DNA of 64,000 bases from an uncultured delta proteobacterium (GCA_963769935.1 CAVYNY010000020.1:96001-160000), one strand, 5' to 3'. Positions 51,139 through 60,725 are shown, numbered from the stretch's first letter. The notes: a model not told the origin generated them from the letters alone. Numbers and translations are program-made.

Positions 51139-51504
51139 CTACCACAACCGCCAGACAATTCGATCGCCCCTTTTTTCGGCCCGGGCCTTCTCCATATGCC
51201 TAAGTGAGGCAAATTGTCGCTGCAGATCCTCCGGGCTCATTTGGCAGCTGAGCTGCTGCAGCAAGGCCGCCGGTTCGATGCCGCCGGTTCGCTTTAAGAT
51301 GTCGAGGATTTCCGACTGGATCGGCGTCAGAGTCCCGGCACCGCCTGCATGCTTTTCAAAGGATTTCGCACTGTGCACGGCCCAGGGGTCGCAGGTTCGG
51401 ACGGGCGAAAGGGCGTCCATGTAGCAGTCTTCGCAGAGGGTCTGCCCCAGATGTTCTTTTTCTTCCCCCGCCTCAATGGCATTATGACAGCGTTCACACT
51501 TCAT
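51139..51504 (-). CDS. Small Zn-finger (CxxC...CxxC) + winged-helix-like hypothetical protein
   Basis: MKCERC, LCEDC, CDPWAV, helical C-terminal half; RBS GAGGTGA. Confidence 0.8.
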   Translation of the reverse strand: MKCERCHNAIEAGEEKEHLGQTLCEDCYMDALSPVRTCDPWAVHSAKSFEKHAGGAGTLTPIQSEILDILKRTGGIEPAALLQQLSCQMSPEDLQRQFASLRHMEKARAEKRGDRIVWRLW

Positions 51505-51683
51505 AGGTCACCTCGTTGAATTAAGAAATTGCCGTGCCCGGACCTGGACGTGCAGCTGATCACCCGGCCCAATGCCCCGCCGGCGAAGGGCAAATTTTGG
51601 CGCCATTCATGCCGGTTCTTCCGGACGCTGCGCAAGCCTGGGCCGGCCGCGGCTGCTTTATAGTGTAAGACTTCCGTCTACCG

Positions 51684-52232
51684 CTAACGGTCAATTCCCA
51701 GGTCCCTGTGGATTTGAAGCATCCATTCGGGAACCGTAGGATTGTCAACGCCCAAGTAGGACTTGGAATAAGGCTTGATATCGATAATAGGGCTGCCGTC
51801 CAGGGCCTCCAATCCCTTTACTTTAATAACATTTCCGGTCCGTTCAAGCAAGGGCACCGCCGACACCAGAATCGGATTGGGCCGTGCCGGACTGCAGGTG
51901 GCGAATATGCCTTGCAAGGGCAAATCTTTACGGCCCATGGGATGGACTTTCCGCAAGTTCCGCCGTTTCGGGTCGATCAGATGGGGCCAATAAAGCACCA
52001 GGATATGGGAAAAACCGTCGATGCCGTCGAGCAGCTCCGCCCATTGGGGAAAGATGAACAGCTCGCATATGCTGTTTTCGACCCGTCTGTGATATTCGCG
52101 AATTTTTTCCAGGCGCTCCTGCAGTTCAATATCCGATTCGCCGGCGAGCAGCATGGGGGTTTTGATTTCGCTGCGCACCTCTCCGACCGGAGTGAGCTGC
52201 ATCGACAATAGATGGTTTTGGTTAACGTTCAT
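51684..52232 (-). CDS. tsaA: TsaA/TrmO-like SAM-binding beta-barrel protein
   Basis: GIDGFSHILVLYWPH, GIFATCSPARPNPI, GLEALDGSPIIDIKPY. Confidence 0.88.
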   Translation of the reverse strand: MNVNQNHLLSMQLTPVGEVRSEIKTPMLLAGESDIELQERLEKIREYHRRVENSICELFIFPQWAELLDGIDGFSHILVLYWPHLIDPKRRNLRKVHPMGRKDLPLQGIFATCSPARPNPILVSAVPLLERTGNVIKVKGLEALDGSPIIDIKPYSKSYLGVDNPTVPEWMLQIHRDLGIDR

Positions 52233-52403
52233 TGGATATTTCTCCTAAATCCATGGAAACGCGGGACTGCCTTCCCGAGGGTCAATAAGTTTTTTTATCC
52301 TTTGAGATTACAGATTTTCATATCGTTTCATCACTTACAGTTCATGATCCGCCCGTCGGTTCCAGGGCGGCTGGCGAACTCGCCTTGGAGGGACACCAAT
52401 GGG

Positions 52404-53485
52404 CTACCGGTTCCAGACCGCAGCATAAGGATCGCCGCCGGCTACCTTGTCGGCCAGCTTCGCCTTTCCCTCGAAAGACTTGAGTTCGACGATATAGGCA
52501 AGAATCTTATCCCTGGGGAGGCGGGCCAGCTCCCGGGACATTTTCACCCTGGCAACCCAGAACATCGGGTTCGCAGGTCCGCCTTTGGGCGTCAATTCAT
52601 CGGGCTTCATCCCGGTGTCCTGAAAAGCCTTGTTCCAGTCAAATCCCAGCACCCTGCCGTCGCACGAGTCCGATTTATTGTTTGTGCGCATGGCAACGAG
52701 CGGGGGTTGAACCCCGGCTTTGGCATATTTTTCCAGTAGGCTGCCGTCAATCGCCATGGCGTATCCCGAGGATTTTCCCGCCGTGGCGTTGAACATCATC
52801 TGAAGGGCGTCGGCCACACATTTGCCCGGTGCTGTTACAAAAACATATTTTTCGCCGGACCCCAGGGGGAGATTGTCCATAAGATATTCCCCGGCAATGA
52901 AACCGGAGTTGACCCCCGGGCAGAAATGGTCATGAAAAGCCGCCGCCTGCAGCAAGGCCCAGGGCGGCTCCACGGCCCAGGTGAGACTGATGCTGACCAC
53001 AGAAAAGATCCTCGCGCCGATGATGCCGCCGGCGGCATCCTTCCATCCCTCGGGGTCCAGGATTCCGGCAGGAGATGCATCGACTATTTGCTGCTCAAAC
53101 CCCTTTCCGGTCCACTTGAAAAAGATCAGCTTGCCTGTATCCTTCCGGTAAAGGGAGCACCAAAGTGGTTCCTGAATCCCCGTGTGCACGGCAAGCAGGG
53201 AACGGCTCCCCATGTGGCAGCCTGTTGCCGCAGAAGCGGTGTTCAGAAAAGCCTCCGTGCTCTGGTTGTCGACCGTTCCATAGCCGGCATTGGTCAGCAG
53301 CAGGAGATTGGCATCAGACTTGGATACGTACATTTCGGACATGGCACGGCCGAGAGCTTCTTTGGCCGGATCCAGCCAGGTGGCTCGTTGGCAGCCCAAG
53401 GCGAGGCAGTCAACATGAATGCGGCAACCAAGAGAATAACGACCAACAAATAGATCGTCATCATAAGCGGCTTCATGCCTGCCAT
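52404..53485 (-). CDS. Exported FmdE-family protein (signal peptide hidden by a frameshift near 53385)
   Basis: FHDHFCPG and CVADALQ motifs; ORF 53294..53485 supplies MKPLMMTIYLLVVILLVAAFMLTASPWAA, a typical signal peptide. Confidence 0.78.
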
Positions 53486-53536
53486 TCACTTCAGATCTGC
53501 AAACTTTAATTCTATCTCATTTCAGCTGGAGATGAG

Positions 53537-54151
53537 CTACCGTTTTTCTCTGGCTTCAAAACACGGGATGCATAAAAGCTGCCCGCCGAAATGGCGGGTC
53601 CGCGTCTCCATGACAGTCTCGCCGCACGCTTCACACACCAGGGAAGCCAATATCCGGGCTTTTTGGGGGACATGGTCAAGCGGTGTTTTGACCTCAAAGA
53701 GTTCCGTCAGCTCGGATTTCATGATGTGTTTGGAGAGGGCGTGCCGGGTTGCGTGCCAGAGACTATCCTCTTCTGCGGTCAGCCCTTCCGCCAGCATTTT
53801 TTTGTGAAGTCGACCCAGGGTAGCGCCGGCATCCCCGTAAATATCCGGCCAGGCGACCAGGCGGGCGGCCTTGCCGTCCTGTCTGTGGTAAAAGCTGAAG
53901 GCGTTTTTCCCATAGTCTTTGTGAATCAGGTTGCCCTTGCCAAAGGTGCAGCCCGTCAGGTACTGAATGGCATCCACGCCGCACATGTCGGTTTCCACAA
54001 CAGCCACGATCTCCTCATCCGGCGCTTTGCCCATCTCCTTTAAGGCCCATTCGGCGGCCCGGATGCCTATGGCCAAGCCGGGACACCAGTGGCCATGGAA
54101 ACTGGTCGTTTGTTTAATCAGTTCTTCGGTTACTATTTTGTCACTCATCAT
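53537..54151 (-). CDS. Cytoplasmic FmdE-family protein with C-terminal C4 Zn finger
   Basis: FHGHWCPGLAIG, ETDMCGVDAIQYLTGCTFGKGNL, DYGK.AF, CEACGE...LCIPC; RBS AAGGAGG. Confidence 0.9.
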   Translation of the reverse strand: MMSDKIVTEELIKQTTSFHGHWCPGLAIGIRAAEWALKEMGKAPDEEIVAVVETDMCGVDAIQYLTGCTFGKGNLIHKDYGKNAFSFYHRQDGKAARLVAWPDIYGDAGATLGRLHKKMLAEGLTAEEDSLWHATRHALSKHIMKSELTELFEVKTPLDHVPQKARILASLVCEACGETVMETRTRHFGGQLLCIPCFEAREKR

Positions 54152-54249
54152 TTCCTCCTTTAATAGATATCGATGTCCATCTCTGCCGGGTGCCAAATAC
54201 CGGAGAGATTTCATTTCCAAGGTGGCCAAGTTAGCTTGTATTTGCGGTC

Positions 54250-56176
54250 GGAAGCACCTCACCAGGTGTTGACCACCATTCGGATTTACTTCCGGCGGTG
54301 TTTCGGAAAAACATGCGAAACGCCATACCTGCATCGCGAAGAAAACGGGCACCCGGCCTGAGGGGGGTCCTTCGCCTGCAAAAGAAGGCCGTTGGCTCTC
54401 CCTGAGGCGCTCCGAATCAGAAGCCTTGTATAGGGGTGAAGCGGTTGGCGCAGCACCTGCACAGACGGCCCGATCTCGACGATGGTACCGGCTACCATTA
54501 CGCCTATGCGGTCTCCTATCTTGCGGGCCAATCCGATGTCATGGGTCACGAAGAGCATGGTGAGCCCCTTCTCGATCTGTAGATCCAGAAGGAGCTTGAG
54601 GACCTTGGCCTGAACGCTCGGGTCCAGGGAACTGGTCGGCTCATCGGCCACCAGCAAGGAGGGCTCCAATACCAGCGCACGGGCGATGCAGAGCCGCTGA
54701 ACGGCCCCCATGTTGAGCTCATGGGGATATCGTTTAAGAAACGCCGGTTCCGTGGAAAGCCGCACATCAGCCAGGACACTTTTAACGCGATCCTGAATTT
54801 CTTCCTTTCCCCGGATCGATCCCTGAATTCTTAGAGGCTCCGCCACGATATCGAAAACGGATAGGCGGTGGCTGACCGCTTCCGCGGGGTTTTGATAGAT
54901 CACCCCGATCCTTCTTGCCAGGGTTCGATAGCTGCGGTTCCTCCATTCGTCCATATCGCTGCCGTCGAAGACCCGGCTCCCCTGGTCAGGATCGAGCACC
55001 CCGGCCGCGATCATGGCCAGCGTGGTCTTACCTGACCCGGTTTCACCAACCAGGCAAAACACTTCTCCCGCTCGCAGGTTCAGATTTGTATGGCACAGGG
55101 CCGTAACCTTATTATAGCGCTTGCGCACTCCCTTCAATTCGATTCGACTTGCAATACCGCCGCGCAGGCAGCGAACACGGTGATCTTTTACGCTCAGCAT
55201 GGTCAAGTCCTTGCCTAAACAATCTTCAACGGCTTGTGTGCACCGGGGCTGGAAAAGGCATCCACAGGCGATGCATGGCTGTCTTCATGAATAGATCCGG
55301 CGCCGATTATGTGGCTGTGAGATTCAGCCCTATCGTTTTCTTGGGAATGTCTGTGGCTGACCCGGTAAAAGGCATCCCCGCGGATACCGCCGAGATCGCG
55401 CAGCGTATCCATGCCCGGATAGGACCGGCCCAGGGCCAGGGTGTAAGGATGGCACGGGTTCAGGAGAAGGTCTCGCCGCCGGCATGGTCTCCATGATCTG
55501 ACCCAGGTAAAGCACCGCCAGGTCGTCAGCCAGCTTATCGGCCAAATCGAGGTCATGGGTTACCAGCAGAACGGAGGCGCCCTTTTTTGACACATCCTGG
55601 ATTACATGGGCCACGAATGACTTGGTCATGGCGTCCAGGGCCGAGGTCGGCTCGTCGAGAATCAGTACTGCCGGGTCCATGATCAGGGCCATGGCCAGGA
55701 GCGCCCGCTGGATCTCGCCGCCGCTCAATTCATGGGGGAAACGACGTCCCTGTTCCGGCTGCAGTCCCATCCGCGCAAGAACGTTCATCGGCCCGATCAT
55801 TCGCCGCTTGCTTCTCACTTCGTCCGTGGTGAATCAAAGGTTCAGCCACCTGGTCGATAATACGGTGGGCAGGATTGAGGTTGGCCGCCCCGTTCTGAAA
55901 GACCATGGCCACTCGCGACCATCGGATCTCGTTGAAGCCCGCTTCGTCCAGGCCGATGAGTTCGGTTTCATTGAGCTTCACGCTGCCCGAGATTTCCGCA
56001 TTGTCCGGTAAAAGTCCCATGAGCGTCTTGGCCAGGGTGGTCTTGCCCGATCCGGATTCACCCACCAAAGCCGTAATCCGTCCGGGCTCCAAGGTGAGAG
56101 CGACCTGGTCCAGAGCCTGCAAGGCATAATCCCCGTCCCGGTAGATCACGGATAATTCTTCAATGCTTAGTTTCAA
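54250..56176 (-). CDS. Fused double ABC ATPase (NikD/E or DppD/F type) split by four or more frameshifts; 3' end uncertain
   Basis: GESGSGKT...FPHELSGGE...DEPT...THD...HPYT, linker CLFQPRC, then GETGSGKT...YPHELNMG...DEPT...HPYT...CPFSSRC; pieces are spread over five ORFs of the track. Confidence 0.82.
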
Positions 56177-57012
56177 AGCGCCTCCTTCAGCCTCGGATCG
56201 AACACCTTTTCCAGGCCGATGGCCAGGAAGGTGACGGTCATGATCAACAGGGTCAGAAGAAAAACCGGCGGCAGGAGCCAGTTCCACCAGATATCCAGGT
56301 AATAGTATTTAAGGGCATAGCTGATCATGATCCCCAGGGATTTGCGGCTCGGGTCGAACAATCCCAGAAAGGCCAGCGAGGCCTCCATGAAAATGGCCAT
56401 CCGGGCCTTGGTGGCAAAGCCGATGATATAAAGCGGAAATAATTCCGGCAGCAGGTGTTTGACGACAATATACGAACCTGATCCTCCCATCTGTTTGGCC
56501 GCGTGTATGTGAAGACGGGTCTTTACCTCCAGAGCCTGGGCTCGGATTCCCTTGGCGGTGGTAGGCCACAGCATGATCGATAGAATCAAGGCCAGCGTCA
56601 TGGGTGCAGGCCGGAACACGGCTGCGGTCATAATCAGGATCATCACGGCGGGGACGGCCAACAGGATATCGGCCAAGCGCATGAAGACCTGGTCCGCCAG
56701 ACCTCCGAACCAGGCAGCTGCCAGCCCGACGGCTACGCCGAGGATAAGGGCCGCAAAGCCGGCCAGAAGGCCGAACTCCATGGTATTGCGCATCCCGACG
56801 AGGAGTTCGGAGAAGATGTCCATGCCGCCGTCATTGACGCCAAGCCAATGCTCGGCGGAAGGCGCGCTCAGCGGCCGGAAGGACATGTCATGGGCATCAT
56901 AAGGCGTCAAAGGCGGCCCCAGTAAGACTAAAAGGATTAAAACCGAGGCGAGAACCATGCCGATTATAAACCAGGGATCTTGGCCTAATTTATGGCGAAT
57001 GTTAATATGCAT
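56173..57012 (-). CDS. Peptide/nickel ABC permease (DppC/NikC type)
   Basis: PSAEHWLG.N..G.DIFS, MRLADILLAVP, HLLP, EASLAFLG. Confidence 0.9.
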   Translation of the reverse strand: MHINIRHKLGQDPWFIIGMVLASVLILLVLLGPPLTPYDAHDMSFRPLSAPSAEHWLGVNDGGMDIFSELLVGMRNTMEFGLLAGFAALILGVAVGLAAAWFGGLADQVFMRLADILLAVPAVMILIMTAAVFRPAPMTLALILSIMLWPTTAKGIRAQALEVKTRLHIHAAKQMGGSGSYIVVKHLLPELFPLYIIGFATKARMAIFMEASLAFLGLFDPSRKSLGIMISYALKYYYLDIWWNWLLPPVFLLTLLIMTVTFLAIGLEKVFDPRLKEAL

Positions 57013-57967
57013 AATCCACCCGTGGATCAATCCACCCGTAGACATACTCAAGGGCCAGGTTGATAAAAAGCACCAGGAGGGATGAAAAGAGGACGATCCC
57101 CTGGATCAACGGAAGATCACGCACTGCAATGGCGTTGAACAGCAGTGTGCCCAGTCCGGGGTAGGAGTAAATGTTTTCCACGACCAGTGCCCCGGTGACC
57201 ATGAAGGCGATGCGCAGCCCGAAACGGGTGATCATGGGCAGGAGGGCGTTGCGGGCAGCGTGTGCGTATCGCACCCGGACAGGTGGCAGGCCTTTTGCCC
57301 GGGCGGTTTGCACGAACTGCGCCCTAAGCACCATGACCATGCTTGCCCGTGTGAGCAGGAAATTGCCCGGAAAATAGGCCAGGACAAGGGTGGAAAGGGG
57401 CAAGACGAGATGACGTGTTACGTCCCGGACCTGCCCCAAGGGGGAGTACATGGCATAGGCGGTCTCAGCGCCGGACGGGGGGAACCATCCCAGGTAAAGG
57501 GCAAAGACCAGCAGCAGCGCCACGCCGGTGCCAATTTCAGGCATCCCCTCCAGCACGGTCATGCATCCGACGCCGGCTTTCTCCAAATAACCACCTCGAC
57601 GCCAGGCCGCCTCCACCCCGGCCATAAATCCGAAGAACATGGAAATCACGTGCGCGCTGCCCAGCAGCAACAGGGTCCATGGGAGGGCTCCCAGGATCAG
57701 ATCCGAGACCGGGGTCAAAAAAGCATAGGAATACCCCCAGTTCAGGGTCAGCAGGTTCACCAGAAACCGGCTGAAACCCTCTCCGTGACTATAGTAAGCC
57801 CTGATCTGTTCCTCCTGATCCGCGCTCAGGGTTACGTGCGAGCTTGCATACATGGCCGTTACGAAATCTCCCGGCAGCAGCCGCGGCAGAATGTAGCTGG
57901 CATAGATCATGACCAGGCCGGCCAGCAGGTAGGCCGGTACAAGTCTTATGTGATGACCTTTTCTCAT
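57002..57967 (-). CDS. Peptide/nickel ABC permease (DppB/NikB type)
   Basis: RLLPGD, WGYS, HLVLP, TARAKGL, RNALLP, E.IYSYPGLG, RDLPLIQG, IDPRV. Confidence 0.92.
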   Translation of the reverse strand: MRKGHHIRLVPAYLLAGLVMIYASYILPRLLPGDFVTAMYASSHVTLSADQEEQIRAYYSHGEGFSRFLVNLLTLNWGYSYAFLTPVSDLILGALPWTLLLLGSAHVISMFFGFMAGVEAAWRRGGYLEKAGVGCMTVLEGMPEIGTGVALLLVFALYLGWFPPSGAETAYAMYSPLGQVRDVTRHLVLPLSTLVLAYFPGNFLLTRASMVMVLRAQFVQTARAKGLPPVRVRYAHAARNALLPMITRFGLRIAFMVTGALVVENIYSYPGLGTLLFNAIAVRDLPLIQGIVLFSSLLVLFINLALEYVYGWIDPRVDYAY

Positions 57968-57968
57968 A

Positions 57969-59558
57969 TCACTTGATAAGGGACATCTTGTTCTGGGGGA
58001 TTGGGATGCCCTTGCTGATGCCTCCCTTCGTGTAATACCAGCGTATGCCTTTGCCGGGATTATAGGCGGCCATGGAATCCGGATAATAGAGCGAAATTGC
58101 CGGCAAATCCTCCGCGTAGATTTCCTGAATCTTGAAAACGATCGCCTTGCGCTTCTCCGGGTCCATTTCGCGCATCTGATCTTCCATCAATCTGTTGAGC
58201 TCCGGGTCGGCATCGTAGCGGGCGCTGTTGACCGAGCCGGCTCCGTATTGCGAGGAGATCATTTCGTTCAACATCCTGGGATCGCCGCACAGGCCGCCGT
58301 GTCCGGATACGGCCAGGTCGAATTGCCACTTTTTTACCCTGCTGTCTGTTGTTGCCTGTTCCAGGTTCACCAGGTCCACCTGGATGCCGATCGCCGCCAG
58401 TTGTTTCTTAATAACCTCCCCGTCCCGGTCGGCCACTCTCTCACCGGCTGCCGTGATATTTGAAGACAGCAACTCAATTTTAAGCGGACGGCCGTCCCGA
58501 ACAAAATAACCATCCGGCCCCTGGCGGTATCCTACGGACTCGATGAGTCGGCAGGCCTTCGCCGGGTCATACGGATACGTCGGTGTCTTGGGATTGTACA
58601 TCGCGTGATCAATGCTGAGCAGGCCGTAAGAAGCCGGAGCGGCAAATCCGCGGTGGGATTTGGCGATGATCTCTTGCCGGTTAATGGCATAGGCCAGGGC
58701 CGTGCGCAGGCGTTGGTCGTTGAAAGGGGGCTGGCGGTGGTTGATCATCAGCTTTTTGTTCCAGCCCCGCTCATCCTGGATGATGGCCATGCCCTGCCGC
58801 TTGAGAGGTTCGGCCATATCGGGTTTTATATTGGCCAGGTCGACTTCTCCGGTTGCCAGGGAAACCAGTGGCTTTCCAGAACGGACGTAGATGAGGCGAT
58901 CTGCCTTGGGCCGGCCCTGGTAATACTCCGTAAAGGCCTCGTACAGATAGGTTCCCTTGGCCTTGTCGAAGTCCCGGAAGACATAGGGCCCGCTGCCGAT
59001 GAATGCTTTCGGGCCGTTGTATTTTTCGGGATTTTCCACGGCCTTCCAAATGTGTTTGGGAAGGATGGGCATGGTCCCGCCGATATCTGACAGAAAGGGG
59101 GAGTAAGGCCGGGAGAGGTAAATGCTGACCGTCCATCGATCTTCAGCTTCGGCACGGTCGAGGTCCTTTACGGTTATCCAGGCATAGGGATGCCTTTTAA
59201 AATATTTGATGGTGAAGACCACGTCATCGGGCGTAAGGGGCTCACCGTCGTGCCACGTGGCTTTGGGGTTCAGCTTGAATGTAAAAGCCATCTTTGCCGG
59301 ATCATAAGACCATGACTCGGCCAAGGCAGGGATATAACCGTTCTGATCCTTCCAGATCAGGGTATCAAAAACCCAGCTCATTCGAATATAGCCCGGGCCG
59401 CGCGGGTAGTGGCGGTGGGGATTGGGGTAGCCCCAGTCGCCCCGACTGTCGGCGATGCGGATTTCCCGTGTTTGAGAAGCTGCGGCAGCTCCAATACCGC
59501 AAAAAAATAGCCCGGCAATAAAAAATGCGCACCCGAGTTTGGCCACTGATTGCTTCAT
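57969..59558 (-). CDS. Peptide/nickel ABC substrate-binding protein (SBP family 5)
   Basis: Signal peptide, P.LAESW, WHDGEPLT.DDV.FT, ILPKHIW, IGSGPY, R.ALAYAINR, YDP.KA. Confidence 0.92.
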   Translation of the reverse strand: MKQSVAKLGCAFFIAGLFFCGIGAAAASQTREIRIADSRGDWGYPNPHRHYPRGPGYIRMSWVFDTLIWKDQNGYIPALAESWSYDPAKMAFTFKLNPKATWHDGEPLTPDDVVFTIKYFKRHPYAWITVKDLDRAEAEDRWTVSIYLSRPYSPFLSDIGGTMPILPKHIWKAVENPEKYNGPKAFIGSGPYVFRDFDKAKGTYLYEAFTEYYQGRPKADRLIYVRSGKPLVSLATGEVDLANIKPDMAEPLKRQGMAIIQDERGWNKKLMINHRQPPFNDQRLRTALAYAINRQEIIAKSHRGFAAPASYGLLSIDHAMYNPKTPTYPYDPAKACRLIESVGYRQGPDGYFVRDGRPLKIELLSSNITAAGERVADRDGEVIKKQLAAIGIQVDLVNLEQATTDSRVKKWQFDLAVSGHGGLCGDPRMLNEMISSQYGAGSVNSARYDADPELNRLMEDQMREMDPEKRKAIVFKIQEIYAEDLPAISLYYPDSMAAYNPGKGIRWYYTKGGISKGIPIPQNKMSLIK

Positions 59559-59579
59559 TACGCCCTGCCTTTGCAAAAC

Positions 59580-59630
59580 AAAAAAGCCACGGAAGTGCTC
59601 CCCTTCATGGGGGGATTGCCTTCGTGGCTC
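59580..59630 (-). terminator. Leader terminator-like hairpin, motif copy B (candidate attenuator)
   Basis: Minus strand GAGCCACGAAGGCAATCCCCCCATGAAGGGGAGCACTTCCGTGGCTTTTTT, ~22 nt before the SBP start. Confidence 0.65.
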
Positions 59631-59759
59631 CTGTTTGTTGAAAATTTTCAGTATTACAGGGCTGCGTACCCTGAGTATCTATCTCTTTAAATCCAAACGC
59701 TTTGCTATGTCAAGAAAAACTTAGTCTAATTGATTCAGCTCCAGGCTCGGTTTCAATAC

Positions 59760-60010
59760 ATCGAGACGCCCTGAGGCAACTATGCGGCCATTTTATAGAA
59801 GAACCAGATGGTGGGCCAGGCGTTCGATTTCCTCCTGCAAATGGCTGACATAAATGATTGGTGTCGAAAAATCACGACATGGCCGGCTGATGAAAGGCAG
59901 TAGCTCGGATTTCCTGCCGCCGCCGATAGAAGCCAGGGGTTCGTCCATTAAAAGCAGGGAGGGACTGCACAAAAGCGTTCGGCCGATAGCGACACGCTGT
60001 TTTTCTCCGC
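59760..60010 (-). pseudogene. modC: Molybdate ABC ATPase ModC 3' remnant
   Basis: [25 protein letters not shown]...RKSELLPFI...IIYVSH; no Walker A; in-frame stop at 59793-59795 followed by NGRIVASG. Confidence 0.8.
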
Positions 60011-60295
60011 GGTTACAATTACGAGGTAAGGACCCACGACCAGGGAGCACAGATGGTCGCCTGCCATGCCGCGGATGCGGCCTTGGGGCTGCGCACAATA
60101 GCAAGCGCATTCGGACTGGCTTTTGTGCCCATGACCGAAGTGCGCTGCGATCTTGTGATACCGGCGGATCTGGTTGAGCACCCCGCCATCCAGCGCATTC
60201 TGGACGTCATGCAAACCCATGACCTGCGCGATGAAATCAGCCATCTGCCGGGTTACAGCCCGAAAGAAACCGGCAAAACCATATCAGTGTTTTAG
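60011..60295 (+). pseudogene. 3' remnant of a PBP-like (molybdate/tungstate-sensing) domain gene
   Basis: GYNYEVRTH...ADAALG...FGLAFVP...DLVIP...LPGY....TG is the C-terminal part of HTH-PBP or MoeA-PBP proteins; 5' part missing. Confidence 0.72.
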
Positions 60296-60348
60296 CGAGA
60301 AATGCATCGTTGGGCCGAGCCTGATCCCCAATAGTCCTGCTAAAGGCG

Positions 60349-60558
60349 TCATTCCTTGACAGGCAGCACGTGAATGGCCTTGATGATCAGTTCGATTTCA
60401 TCCCCCGGTTTAATATCCAGATGTTCGACGGATTCCGTTGTCAGAACGGATGCCATCTCATGGGGATCGGTAACGGAAAATTTAACCATAGACATGACAT
60501 CCCCTTTTTTGAGGCTGCTGACCTTGGCACGGATGCGATTGCGGGCGCCGTATTTCAT
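60349..60558 (-). CDS. TOBE/Mop molybdate-binding protein (molbindin)
   Basis: GARN...AKV, SVLTTESVE.L.IKPGDE...IIKA; RBS AAGGAGG. Confidence 0.9.
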   Translation of the reverse strand: MKYGARNRIRAKVSSLKKGDVMSMVKFSVTDPHEMASVLTTESVEHLDIKPGDEIELIIKAIHVLPVKE

Positions 60559-60725
60559 GATTTCCTCCTTAAACGTATTTCATCTTTGGGGGTTAATTTT
60601 AACATTGTTTATAAAGACATTGCTCTTCCAGCCATTACTCCAATACTCCTAAATCAATTCGAATTAAAAATTTCCCAGCGAGATGCCTTCTTTTTGATTT
60701 GGGATCCGAACTTCAGCCGATGTTT

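Noticed and set aside
52404..54151. Formylmethanofuran dehydrogenase or methanogenesis
   Set aside because: Only FmdE-family genes are present, without catalytic fmd/fwd subunits; the context is bacterial transport.
59641..59726. NikR or ModE operator upstream of the Nik-type operon
   Set aside because: Only partial half-sites (GTATTA, GCTATGT) without a convincing dyad at the right spacing; needs a PWM scan.
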